From the NCBI GenBank assembly GCA_010909165.1, contig VJWM01000351.1:1-44712 (forward strand): a DNA stretch of 44,712 nucleotides, written 5' to 3'. The notes beneath the pieces were generated by a model that made no database searches, was not told the origin of the DNA, and worked only from the letters and a program-made list of their open reading frames with translations. This DNA is from Anthoceros angustus. Taxonomy: Eukaryota > Plantae > Anthocerotophyta. Both the position numbers and the translations under genes were made by a program. Positions 11,733 through 23,400 of this stretch are shown piece by piece; position 1 is the first letter of the stretch, and each line of letters starts with the position of its first letter.

Positions 11733-13320
11733 AAACCCACTCAGGCGACCCCCTGGGCAGTGCTCTCTTCGCCATTGCTCACTATAGGGCCCTATCTAGG
11801 GCCGCCTTCTCAACGCGCGACTATGTCTTCTCTTCGCTGGCAAACGACTCTCACATCCTCGGGCCTGGGGACAAAGTCAAGGAGGCCTTTGAGCTCTTCT
11901 CTCATGAGCTTTCTTTGGTGGGCTTGAAGGTCAAATCCAAGTGCGTGTCACGGTCTGGATTCTACCTAATTTGCGGTTTCTGTGGGAGATTACTCGGCTT
12001 TGGGATCATTCTGGGGTCCCTTTGGTTCCCTTGACTTCATCGGGAGCTTCCTGGACCAGGCTCTCGCAGAGGACCTCTCCCATGTCGAGGACCTCCCTTT
12101 GCTGGAGGATACACAGGTGGCCTTTGGAATTCCTTCCTCCTGTTTTGCTAGGCGCCCTGGTTACCTCATCCGTACGCTGCCTCCGTCCCCGACCCTTTTA
12201 TCCCGGCTGCGGCGGTTTGATAGGAAGATTTATGGATACTCTTGGGGACATTCGGGATCGGGGCAGGTGCCCTATGGCGACTGTAGCTGGCGTCCCACCG
12301 CAATTTGGAGGCACAGTCTCTTCTTGGAGCTCTCTTCCCGGGGCTTTTCCTGGCGGTTGGGCCCTCTCACCCTGGCACTCGATTCATCCTCCATAAGAGG
12401 CCCTTTCCGGAGGATCTCGTATTAGGTGTGGAGGAGGGAACCTTCTCTCTCCAAACGTCCTTGAGCCAAGCTAGGGACATGTTATAGGTGGATGCTCGGA
12501 AGGACTTCCTCCTTTCTTGACATTTATTGATGGTTTCGAGGGGTTGAGCATCCTGCTCGGCGGCTCGGCGAGGCTTTCGGTCATCCTCCGGGACCCCTCC
12601 ATCCCAGTCCACAAGAGCGGCTCGCTCTTGTTACAGGAAGGCGTGGGTGCTTGGCTGACGCCCATGCATCCGGGGTTTTCACATCACACCAACCACCTTC
12701 ACTCTGCGATGCGATTGGTCTTGGCTGCTCCGGCTGTGGCTTCGCTCTTACTTGTGAGTGCGGCTCGCCCTCGATGATTACGGGTACACCTTGCTCGTTG
12801 TCCCCACGGGGGTCATCGCATTGCCACTCACGATGCCATCCGCGATGTCATGTTCGCCATCGCTCGCGAAAGCGGCTATATGACCTGGAGGGAGCGGGTG
12901 TATACTCTCCATACAGGTCGTTCAATCAGGGCTGACCTGTACCTTGTCTGCGGCGACCAGGTTTCGGTGGCTGATGTGGTGGTTAGGGCAATGGCTAAGG
13001 ACTTTGACAAATTTGTCAAAGTCCTGTGCCAAAGCTTACCATGCGAGTAGACACGGTGCGGGGTTGTCCCTCTCAATTGCCCTTCAATGGGCGCTCTCAA
13101 CAGCGATCCTCCACAAGGCGGCGACAGTAGGTGACACATCTTCCTCTACCTCCGTGGTTTGCAGGCCGTTTATTCTTCCTGCATATGACATTGTGGGTGT
13201 AGTAGGTGACTTTAGGTAGGGAGCTCAGTTGCTCCTCTTCACCTCGACCCCCTGGTCCCCTTTGGTTGTCCCCTCCTGGATGGGCTTTTCCCATCGTTTT
13301 TCACCTCAATAAAATCCTTC
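11733..13320 (+). mobile_element. 5'-truncated CRE-like (RLE-type) non-LTR retrotransposon
   Basis: RT motifs GDPLGSALFAIAH and SLANDSHILG; CRE-type QVAFGI...CFARRPGYLIRTLPP...FD; CECG...HLARCPHGG...HDAIRD zinc knuckle; RADL...ADVVV RLE motif; LSIALQ...AIL end; AATAAA at 13308. Confidence 0.85.
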
Positions 13321-13404
13321 CTTCATTCAATTTACGGCTGTATGTGTACACCCTCCTTCAACGGCTGTATCTCTAGTTTAGACGTATGTGTACACCCTCC
13401 TTCA

Positions 13405-13761
13405 TTGTGATATAAGTTTTGGCTCATAGTGGTTCTTCTACCCTAGTGGATATAAACAAAGTTATTGTTGTTGTTTATTGTTGTTTTGGCTCATGGTGGT
13501 TTTCTACCCTGTTGGATATAAACAAAGTTATTGTTGTTGTTTATTGTTGTTTTGGCTCATCGTTGGTTCTTCTACCCTAGTGGATATAAACAAAGTTATT
13601 GTTGTTGTTTATTGTTGTTTTGGCTCATCGTTGGTTCTTCTACCCTAGTGGATATAAACAAAGTTATTGTTGTTGTTTATTGTTGTTTTGGCTCATCGTT
13701 GGTTCTTCTACCCTAGTGGATATAAACAAAGTTATTGTTGTTGTTTATTGTTGTTGTTGTT
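13405..13761 (+). repeat. About 5 tandem copies of a 66-68-bp unit ending in a (TTG)n tail; probable LINE 3' terminus
   Basis: GGATATAAACAAAGTTATTGTTGTTG recurs at about 13447, 13513, 13581, 13649 and 13717; the last copy has an extended TTG run. Confidence 0.9.
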
Positions 13762-14406
13762 GGTCTAGGGCGCCGCCAGAATTAGTCCCAAAGGGCATGG
13801 GTTCGAAGCTCATGCATGATAGTGTTTATCATCATGAGCTTCTTTTTCCCATCAGATCCCTCGTTGTGAGGAGGAGTAGTTAATCAGCCATACTCTCGAA
13901 AGTGCGGTGTACGAATCAAACATCCCAAAACGATACGAATGTAGTGTTGGATAGGCACCCTGGAAATACGGGGAGACACACCCTGAAAATCTTCGACGAG
14001 ACAACGATACGGCACAGCACGTGCACATCAAAGACACAACGGATCCCCTGGATTGCCAGAGCAACAAGTGGTCTACGTGTAGTCACTGTGGCACTTAATG
14101 AAAACTATCAAGCTGCTCGGCACGGCAGAAGTGGCCTTTAGTGCATTTGATCCCCCTGCTTGGTCATTTCGCACTTGCAGGTGCATCAAACAACACCATA
14201 AAATCTTCTATATCGTGATGGGTCAATATTTTGTGGGACGTTTATTCTTGGCTTTGAACAATGTCGGAGGCCTGCATGCATTTCTCCAAAAAGTTGACTC
14301 ATCGGGAGCTCCTCATCCCTCAATGCTCGTTAAGGTGGAATACTATTCCTGTGGCCAGAGGAAGTACATCTCAGTGATGCACAAAGCCACAACTGTCACA
14401 CTAGTG

Positions 14407-16025
14407 TCAACAACTTACATCTGCTAGTAGCGGTGTTGTCAGATGGCTGGGTGCCTTTTCCAAATCTGAGCTCGGAACATGCACCCTTGAGGAGCTGATT
14501 TTCAGCTCCTGTGCTCTACCCCAGACCACAAAGTACAGGCCCAGCACGATGGCAACTCCTCCAACCAAGCTGCAGCGAAAAATAGACAGAGGCCTTAGAC
14601 TTGCCTGCGACTCAACAAGGATGTTAAACAGAGCACGAAATGGTGACCGACCTTCCCAGGAATAAGGCATTCCCCAGAAAGATCACTGCCAGGGCAGTTG
14701 CAATCAAGCATTGCAGTGGCATGAAAGCTGCTGTCATGATTGTCCCGCCTATCTTTAGACACCACGCTTGAAGGGTATAGTTGAAGCCAGAAGCAATCAC
14801 TCCCTGGAAGGAGATCAGAAACACGTGGTTAGTAGTAACTCGGGTTGCATACATGTGTGATGGTTTGAGTTCAGCACTTACTGTGTAGACAACCCCAATG
14901 ACTGATGCCCCCCAGTGCAGAGCCCAGTCGGATGAATCTGTCTTCCAGGAAATTGCTGTCACTGTGAATTGGAGTGCGGAGAAAAGGTAGGTGAAGCCCA
15001 GAATGGTAAGTGGTGCGGGATACTCTTTCTGAATCGCAGTCTGCAAGAATCGTCTCCGGGTGACTTTAAATAATTTAATATTTTAAATAATTAGCAATGC
15101 ACCACAACCGGCAGCAGCATGATACAGCCTGATTCTTACTCACCTGCATTGCAAGATAAGCAGCCCACAGAAAATTGCTGAAGACAAGGATCACAGCACC
15201 CAATTGCCATTCACTCCAGTTCAAGTTGAACCCCGTTTGGAGTTGGAGCCACTGCCCGACGGGGGTGTGCGCTGCTAGTCTGAGTTCATCAGTGCTTGGC
15301 GTGCCCAGCAGTTGAGGGCCTCGGGTAAAGGTGATTGTCATAGCCCCCAACATGCATAAGGTTGTGCCCAGAATCTTTGCCACTCCATCCCGTCTTTTCA
15401 CGTTGAGCTTCTCCATTCTGTTGCACCAACGTGTCAGGGGCTGTTCCACAAGAGCTAAGGTGCTCTAGCAATGAGGATGCTCACCCCGCGGCAGTGGAAA
15501 CCATGAAAGCGAAAGCAGGAACCGTGTTTTGAAATGCAGCTCCTAGGGCAGCAGATGACATCCCAACTCCTATCAGGAAGGCCGACTGTGCACCGTAGAT
15601 TCTGCAAACGAACCACTGCTTCAGCTGACGAGAAGTCTCCGAGACAAGGAAAATGACAGAAATCCTTGCGCAAACGGGACCCGACAAACTCACCCAACAA
15701 AACCCAAAGCGAAGAACTGCAGCAACAGCCTGAGGGTGAGAGGAGGCCTGATGTTCCTGGTTGACAAGGCAAGCACATACAATCAGCCAGCGTCAAAAAA
15801 AAAAACCTACAGCTCTTCAACAAGAAGAAGAATACCAGACCTTTCAAAGATCAGAGCAGCCGGAAGAAACATGGCAAGCGCAATGGCGCTCCTGTAGAAG
15901 TTGAAGATGAGAAAGCTGAGGCCGGTGTCGAGGGCCAGTCGAGAGAGGATCTGATATCCAGCAAACACGGTCTGCACCACAACCAGAGCCACAGGCAGCC
16001 GGGCCTGCTCCCACCAACCGGCCAT
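14407..16025 (-). CDS. WAT1-related / UMAMIT (EamA, nodulin MtN21 family) transporter, about 370 aa, 7 exons
   Basis: Exons 16025-15841, 15756-15694, 15601-15485, 15417-15144, 15040-14882, 14803-14652 and 14569-14407; all introns GT-AG and phases consistent (1113 nt). Family motifs FER.RPPLT, NTVPAFAF, GVAKILGT.LC..GA, YPAPLT, GVIASG, LYFVVWG. Confidence 0.95.
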
Positions 16026-17752
16026 GACCACAGCAGCACGCACTGGTCACGGAAAAATGGTGCCTTCCCGGATGGCAGCCCCTCTAGCCACTCCCCAGTG
16101 TGCAAACCAAGGCAAGCGCAATGCTGCGGCAGGTGGCAATGCCCTCAGCACAGCATTGCTGCGGCCAGAAGGAGTCTGGTCGAGGATCACTCTCAGCCTC
16201 GCTGGCTGGAGAGGTACACCCAAGGTCAGCTGTCCTTCTCACGCTCATGTTAAGCCAATTCTAGCGTGCGCTCATTGTGCTGAACCTGCAGGCGGAAGCA
16301 GGGCAGAACCAAAAAAGGCGGCTCAGCGCCTGCAGGGCACGCAGATCAAGAACACATTTCTCCTCTCCAAAACACACATACAAGTACAGCAGCGGCAGTC
16401 GGAGAATGTGAAGCAAACAGCCAGAAACTCAAATCCGTTAGAACAGTAAGAACATTCATGACTCGGAGGAGATGAAATCCCAATGCCCACGGACTTGGAA
16501 TTGAAATGACCCACACAATGCACAGGGATTGGAACTGCTCATAACGTTTTCACACATGAGGGATTTCTTGCGGGGCACGGCCGGGATCTGACATGGTGCA
16601 GGGCACACGAAAACTGGCTCCGCATCTACCGGCAAAAGACAAGCAGAAAACTGTATTCAGGAAGCTGCGCTTGCCCTGCAGCTTGCTGCCGAACTTGCTG
16701 GGACTGATCTACTGTGAATATTCGTAACCCACACGAGGCAGCCCTGGCACAATCGTCGAGCACGATTGGAAGCATTTCTCTCTCTCTTTTGGAGAACAAT
16801 GTTTACATACATACTCCTGCAGCTTGTTGGCCAGCGCAAGGCAACGTGGTCGAGACGAAACCGTCCATCAGGCTCAGGCAGGATTTGACTGCAGACTGTG
16901 AAAGCCTCGGCTCTCAAGCGCTGTTGGCGCCATGCCACATGCGGAAGGCGTGTCACATTTGGTGCATATCCTGGGTGGGCCAGCGTCCGGGCACGCTACG
17001 TGTCGGCGTACTTACATGGCCATGCTCATATCTCAGAGGTGCTATCCGAAATGATCTCTGGATTGGGAATGGTGACAACCCATCCGCAGGCTCAAGAATC
17101 GCTGGTGTCTTTGAACATGCTGTTCCTCAAAGGACGGGCAAAGATTTTTCAACTATCCAGACTCCACAGTCCACAGCGATGAAGCTTGTGGGATTGTGAA
17201 GTTTGCAAGCCTCTTCTGCACACGTATTGATGGATGATATTCTGAAGGGATGTCATTGCTACACAGTCTTCACAGGCAGCACAGAGCACAAAGCTCTTGT
17301 GCTCTGTAGTTCCGATATGAGTGGTGAAAGCTGTCCAGATGACCTATCAGTTCAAGGTGGAGGTTAAGATGGTTTTTCAGGGTTGAAGGAAGTTGTTCTT
17401 TTTTGTGTGCATGTAGCATCAGTTGCGGGGTCGTAGGCCACCACAGCTCTGGGCAAAGCGCAGAAGATGCTATGGCAGAAATGGCACATTGTACACGCTC
17501 ACAAGACTTGCAACTACGAATGTACGTCAACAAAATATTGGACTGCCCAAGTTTTTTTACAACGGTATAAACTGCAATCCCTTGCATATACAAAGACCCT
17601 CAGTGGTCCACCCTTATTTCATACAACTGTTTGCTGCCTAGCATGGCAGCCAGACATAAGATTGTACAGTGAAAGAACTGATCGCTGTTAAAACTACTGC
17701 ATATTAACAAGCCATGGTACATCTGCCAGCTTCGAGAATCCTTGCAAACCAT

Positions 17753-18154
17753 TCACTTGTTTCCAGAGAAGGCGTTCTTGATGTTGTCAGTAGCCTGTGA
17801 TGCAATCACATTGCACACAAAGTCTCAGAGTGGGTGATCAGAGCACCCAAGGAGGTCTGCATTCAACAAAGACAGGATGATGCATGTGGTTACCTGCTGG
17901 ATGACATTGCCAGTCTTGTCTTTGGCCTCCTCGGCCTTGACTTGAGCGGTGTGTGTAGCATCAGCAGCGCCCTGCTTGGTCTGGCCCCACTTCCCCTGAC
18001 CGGCTTCCCCAGTCTCATTGGCCTTGTCGCGGGCAGTCTGGCCGAAGCCCTGAGCCTGGGACTGGGCCTCTCCAGCCTTCTCCTGGCCGAACTGGGCTGT
18101 CTCGTCAGCCTTGCGGGCAGCGGCATCCTTGGTCTGCTGGAACTGCTCGGCCAT
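17753..18154 (-). CDS. LEA_4 (group 3) late embryogenesis abundant protein, about 100 aa, 2 exons
   Basis: Exon 1 18154-17894 (MAEQFQQTKDAAARKADETAQFGQEKAGEAQ...KDKTGNVIQQ); GT-AG intron; exon 2 17794-17753 (ATDNIKNAFSGNK*). A/Q/K/E/T-rich repeats. The exon 2 acceptor was chosen by similarity to LEA C-termini. Confidence 0.88.
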
Positions 18155-18324
18155 TGTGCTCGAAGTGGGTTGCCCGGACGAGTACTTGAGGAATCCTTTC
18201 GACACACGGAAGAGGGTGGAAGCAGAGGAGACTCGAGAGGGCGATGCTGCAGAGCAGTGAAAGGAGATGCTGAGCAGGAAGCAGATAGAGCGTTGGATTG
18301 CTGAACTGTTGCGAGAACGACAGG

Positions 18325-18331
18325 ATTTATA
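18325..18331 (-). promoter_or_regulatory. Putative TATA box of the LEA gene
   Basis: TATAAAT on the minus strand about 170 bp upstream of the ATG. Confidence 0.7.
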
Positions 18332-18355
18332 CGAAGTGCGAGCCATCGGAGGTGA

Positions 18356-18405
18356 ACGTAGAGATGCTCTTCGTGTCGACACGTAGAGATGCTCTACGTG
18401 TCGAC
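18356..18405. promoter_or_regulatory. ABRE (ACGTGTC) pair in a duplicated 25-bp palindromic unit upstream of the LEA TATA
   Basis: GACACGT at 18378-18384 and ACGTGTC at 18396-18402. LEA genes are canonical ABRE targets. Confidence 0.75.
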
Positions 18406-19479
18406 GCCACATTTCGAGCCTCCTGGGATGGGCACATGGCTCATAGGTGTCTTCGTTACCAATGACAAGACACAAGGTGCCAAGGGTACGTTTCAGGTAT
18501 AAAATCAGCATTTCTGCTATGGGATGCCGCGTTCACCTAGCTTATGCATGGTGCTTGGCCCATGTTCATCTCGACCAATCTTCTCCTCAGCTACTGAGCA
18601 TATGATTCATAGATCATGACACTAAGGTCCTATCATGTTCGCTGCCTGGCAAGCTTACAAGTTGATTTTGGCTGGCTTTCGCTGCTTCACTTGCGTCCAT
18701 TTTCAAGACACGATTGAAGGTGATGCGTCGTCTGTTTAGGGGATTGGTACAAGCTTTGTGCAATCACATGCGAAGGAAGGGCCAAAAAGGAAGGGTCTGA
18801 AAAATCTGGACAAGGCTGCACCGTCGCGCATGGCTTCATTTTGCAAGATTCCGCCCCCTGCATTTACAAGGGCTGATTGAAGAGGTGGTCAGTGACCAAA
18901 TATGTGTGGGCACAGCCATGTTTCTGGCCGCACTCTGGCATTTGGTACAGGGCCTACAATGACCCAAGTTTTGGGTCATTGTAGTCATTGGCATCCACGG
19001 CAGAATTTGCATTCACATCTTGGCGTCTTACTATCAGGACTGCACTTGCCGAGTAAGGTCTGAATCGCGCATGTTGGGTAGGCGCATTCAGTTTTTTCAC
19101 TTTTGGTGTTAGCCATTCTGAGATTCTGGCAGCTCCCACGCCAGTTGTGGGGTAGGATGTTATCAGAAATCTGCCTAGCCTACAGCTGCATCTGGGATGG
19201 TTGCGGGATGCTGCCCTAATCCTGGACACCTACCTGGAATTGATGTGTCTCAGACTGGTACTGGCCTTTCATTTCTTGGGTGTCTGGCAAAGCGTGATTT
19301 GATGGGTAAGGACAGTTCTGGCGGGCGATAAGTTGCTTTGACGACCCGGGATTGAAAGGAGTAACGGCCCCAGCCCATGGTCTGCAAAACAGGTGACGGC
19401 ACATGCGAAACCTACACGAGGAGTGAACTTTGAAGCGAACCGACAATGACAGCGACCATGGTCGATCGGTGACAGTCAC

Positions 19480-19990
19480 TACAGTCGGCCCCCCCTAATT
19501 GGGAACTCTATAAATGGGATTCCTCTCTAAATGGGACCTCCCATCCTACTCCCTTTAGTTTACAATGTAATAAATGGGATTTTTCCCTAAATGATAATTG
19601 GGACCTTTTGAAACATACATTCATGTTAGTTTCACCTCCCTAAATGGGATTTCTATTTTTTTTACTAAAAAACATTAAAAAAGAAAGAAAAGAATCGATT
19701 ATTTGAGCACAATAGACTTTTAGGTGTGATTGAAGACTCTTAAGCTAAGCTTTTTCCTTTATGATAGGTATAGGTTTTTTGATGTTGCTTAAAGAAAGCG
19801 CTAGCTTTCAAACAACTATATAGAGAAGTGGTAAAAGTTATTTTAGTGAAACCTATCAATCAAAATTTAAAATTTTCTTTGTTTTTGGGTATTTTTGATT
19901 TTTGATTTTATAATATTTTTTATTATTTTTAAATAGGAAAATATAATCGGGACACCTCCTTAATGGGACCTCTAAAGGCACTCAAACCAG
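19480..19990 (+). mobile_element. Left end of a Tc1/pogo-like DNA element (TA + CAGTCGGCCCC); partner TIR not found
   Basis: TA-CAGTCGGCCCC at 19480 starts an AT-rich block with about 8 TAA(T/A)TGGGA(C/T)-like subterminal motifs. Confidence 0.55.
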
Positions 19991-20812
19991 TCCAATTAGT
20001 GGGTATACTAAAACTCTTGTCATTTGAGACACATATTAAAGGCACAGAAAGACAATGGGCGGTGCCTTAAGCGTGCTCCCGGCATCGGAACACGTCTTTG
20101 TAGTCTTTCCAGTCGTGGAGAGGTGAAAGGGCGAGCCGGACACCAGTCCGGTTTCGACTAGCGGTTGCAATAGGCCGTGGCCCGAGCCGTCCGTGCACTC
20201 CCGGAGCCAGATTCGGCATTTACGCGCCCGTTTCATCTGGCCGGGTTGCGCCTTGACGTACGGCCGACGGTAGGCAACCTCGGTGACCACAGTGCAAGAC
20301 GAAGCGGCGTTGTCTGTACAATGCTTGACAATGGTGACCTCCATGACCGTATACATGCCACAAATATGACCGCGTACAAAGAATATTTTAATGTTTGGCA
20401 TGGTATATTCTTGCATGTTCAAACCAGTTTAGTGAGAGTTTCATGGTAACCTAATCATGTTAGATGTCATTATAATTTACGCTAATTGATCGTTTATGAT
20501 TCGGTTTTTATTTATGATCAGCCTGCATGATCATAGTATCCATAGATCCACATATGGGATTGGATACCTAAGTCTGAACAAGAAAGACCATGAAGGCCGG
20601 CACTATGTATATCGAGAAGCCGAAAATGAAACATCTCGTGCCTTCGAACGCTTTTCCTTTCTGCCTTCCTTGGAGCTCGAAGCTTCCTTGGACCTTGCAC
20701 CGTGCTTCCTTTTGCCTGTTGAAGATTTCTGCATGTACCGGCCATGCTCCTCTTGGACACTTGTGCATGAGCCACCTCCAAGCACATTGAGATTGCGTGT
20801 TTTCACTGCAGG

Positions 20813-21259
20813 GACTCATCACATGTTAGGCGGGATGACCTCACACGCCGCCAAATTTACATATGAGAAGCCCGAACAGAGCAAATCCCACCTTTTCACC
20901 TATAGGACTCATCACTGTCGACGGGATGACCTACGCTGCCGCTTACCAAATTTACATAGAAGCACAGAGCAAATCCCACCTTTTCACTCTGAGGACTCAT
21001 CACATGTTAGGCAGGATGACCTACACGCTACCAAATTTACATGAGAAGCTTGAACAGAAACCCCACCTTTTCACCTACATGACTCATCACCTGTTGACGG
21101 GATGACCCTGAGCTGCCCGCTTACCAAATTTACATGAGAAGCCTGAACAAGAGCAAATCCCACCTTTTCACCTACATGACTCATCCTGTGTTAGACGGGA
21201 TGACCTACGGGCTGCCCGCTTACCAAATTTACATATGAGAAACGAACAGAGCAAATCGA
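20813..21259. repeat. About 5 tandem copies of an 87-97-bp unit (GACTCATC...GGATGACC...CCAAATTTACAT...CCACCTTTTCAC)
   Basis: Unit starts at 20813, 20906, 20994, 21081 and 21178. Confidence 0.92.
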
Positions 21260-21269
21260 TTGATTACGT

Positions 21270-22250
21270 ACGATTGCATTGTTGTTGTGCCTCTTCCGAC
21301 CCTCCGTATCTTTGAACAAACCCTAGCGCTCAGTTGGCTCTCTTCATCCGTTAAGCGCCTCTCCATCATGACTCGTGTTGGCACCTCAAACTCTACCGGC
21401 ATAACGGGTGAGTGCCCATAGACCGTGTCTGAGTTGTTGCGTAGTTACCTTCTCTGCCGTCGAGCGCCCATAGCGGCGATGGTAGCTTTGTATCGATCGT
21501 GCGCATAGTTAACCGTAAGCTTATTGAGGATCGGCGGATAAGTCCGTTGGTCTTCTCGTCAATCCGTTGGCCTTGGGTTGTAGGGGCGTTTCGATGTGTG
21601 ATGCGAAATAGTCCGTCATTGCGGTTATCACATCATTGAGGAAATGGGTTCCCCTATAAACACCGGTAGCGGACACCCATACCTTGTGATGATGTTTTCG
21701 TGAGGAATTTGGCCACCGTGCTCATGAGTCCGTTCTAGTAGCGCTTCCACCCACAGTGCGATGGTCCGTTGCCACCAAGATGTACCGCTTTTGTGTGTGC
21801 CTCGTCGTTGGTGTATGGGTCCAGTCGATGCCCACTTCTCAAAAGGCGCTAGTGCTAGTATGGGCACTAACGGCCATTGAGTTGTGGTCGGCTTCCGATC
21901 CGTGACAAGCATCACACTTCTTCACAATTGGTGTGTTTCCCCATACATGGTGGGCCACGATTACCCGACCTCAAGATTTTCTTGGTGGTGACTGTTGCAT
22001 AATGTCCACCACCTAGTCCTTCGTGCATCCCTTTATTACCACCTCCGTCTCACTTTGTTGGAGGTACCTTCGTTCCATGCCCTTAAAGATGCAACCGTTA
22101 TACAACGAAAAGGCGGCGTAGTGCACAAAGGCTGCCCTGGACCAGTTCGATTCGTTTGGTAGCTCCATCTCCCATAGGTACCGTTCCAACTCCGGAGGGC
22201 CGCCTGCGTCGCTCCCTTCTCCGCCGTGGGTCATCCCGGCTTAGGGTTTG
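21270..22250 (-). pseudogene. Ty3 integrase (HHCC plus core), frameshifted and cut off before its C-terminus
   Basis: VKKCDACH; PLVPILALAPFEKW; WVEA; ENIITRYGCP; PYNP.ANG; VYGHSPVMPVEFEVP. Confidence 0.9.
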
Positions 22251-22399
22251 TCCGGTGCTCCTCTGCTTCCTCCTCTATCGCCACCAATTCCTCATCCGGA
22301 AGGCGTCCTCTTGATCTGCGGGGGGGTTGTCTTGGACAAGAAGTCGGGCGTGTTGCCGCCTTGCCTAGTCTCCACCTCAAATGTGAACTCCTGTCAGCA

Positions 22400-23400
22400 G
22401 AATCCACCTCGCAATCCGTCCGGACAAGTGCCTTGTTCACCAAGTGCTTGGCAGTGATCAACATAGAACACAAACTCATTGGGCGAAGGTAGATTTTCTT
22501 CTTGTATACCATTCCAATGCCTCTCGCTCCGTAGTAGTGTACCTCCGTTCCGTCGTGTGTCTTCCAGCGTAGTAGATTGGGTGATCCCTCCGTTTATCAT
22601 CTTTTGGTGAGCACTACTCGATGGCGAAGGTGACACATCCACATACACATGGAATCGCTTCCCGGTCAGGTCCTTTGGTCTTGGGGCCGCAGTGGTGCGA
22701 GGTCTCTGAATGCCGCCTCCCTTTGGCGTCCGGTCCATTCCTCCTCCTTCTGAGTAGCTCTGTTAGCGGCCCGCTTTGCAAAATCTTGGATGAAGCCTAT
22801 AGTAACCCACCATGCCCGGGAATCCCGTAACTCCTTCAAGTTCGTGGTGCGGGGGTGGATGACTTTCACCTTGTCTTGGTCCACCTCTATCCCTCTTGCC
22901 GACCGGTGTCCCAACAAGATTCCCTCTGTCATGCAGTAGCATTTCTCGGGATGCGAGCAGTTGAGTCTCCTACATCGTTCCAAACACTTCCGCAATGTCC
23001 ACGTGTTTGTCCTCCTCTCCGTGCACAGTGTCAAGAACACCTCCATGAAGTCCCTCGGAATTCCGGAAGACATTGGTCACCATCCGCATAAATGATCCGG
23101 GTGCTCTGTCATCCGAAGGCGTTTGTAGGCAAGCGTCCCCACTCCGTGGTGAATGTTGTCTTATCGTCAGCTCCCTTAGCGGTTGTGGAGATGGCCGTCA
23201 AGAAGGAGTAGGTACTCGTCACGCCACCTTGTCCGATATATGCGTCCACAAAGGGCATGGGAAATGGTCCTTTTCGTGGCGGCGTTAAGCTTTCTCCGAT
23301 CTGTGGACCGAATCACTTCTTCTTGACGACAACAATGGCGCCACCCATTATTCACGATTGGGAAGATGATGTCCCTCCGGATACTTATCCGGGACTTCCT
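22400..23400 (-). pseudogene. Ty3 reverse transcriptase and RNase H, frameshifted
   Basis: WVAPIVVVKKK; PFPMPFVD; YSFLDG; EGILLGH; GIEVDQDKV; GFIQDFAK; FHVYVD. Confidence 0.92.

Noticed and set aside
13405-13761. CRISPR-like array
   Set aside because: Units are contiguous and near-identical with no unique spacers, the context is eukaryotic, and no cas genes are present.
13809-13841. Imperfect hairpin GCTCATGCATGATA...TATCATCATGAGC
   Set aside because: Short, bulged and without supporting context.
16024-17700. Several 60-160-aa ORFs between the WAT1-like and LEA genes
   Set aside because: No domain similarity or coherent exon chain; probably promoter and UTR sequence.
17834-18304. Leu/Gly-rich 156-aa plus-strand ORF
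   Set aside because: Antisense shadow of the LEA coding repeats.
17825-18511. 228-aa ORF implying an N-terminally extended LEA
   Set aside because: The upstream ATGs lie 5' of the TATA box and the ORF reads into the intron; the ATG at 18154 fits a typical LEA start.
18520-19479. Short ORFs upstream of the LEA gene
   Set aside because: No recognisable product or splice structure.
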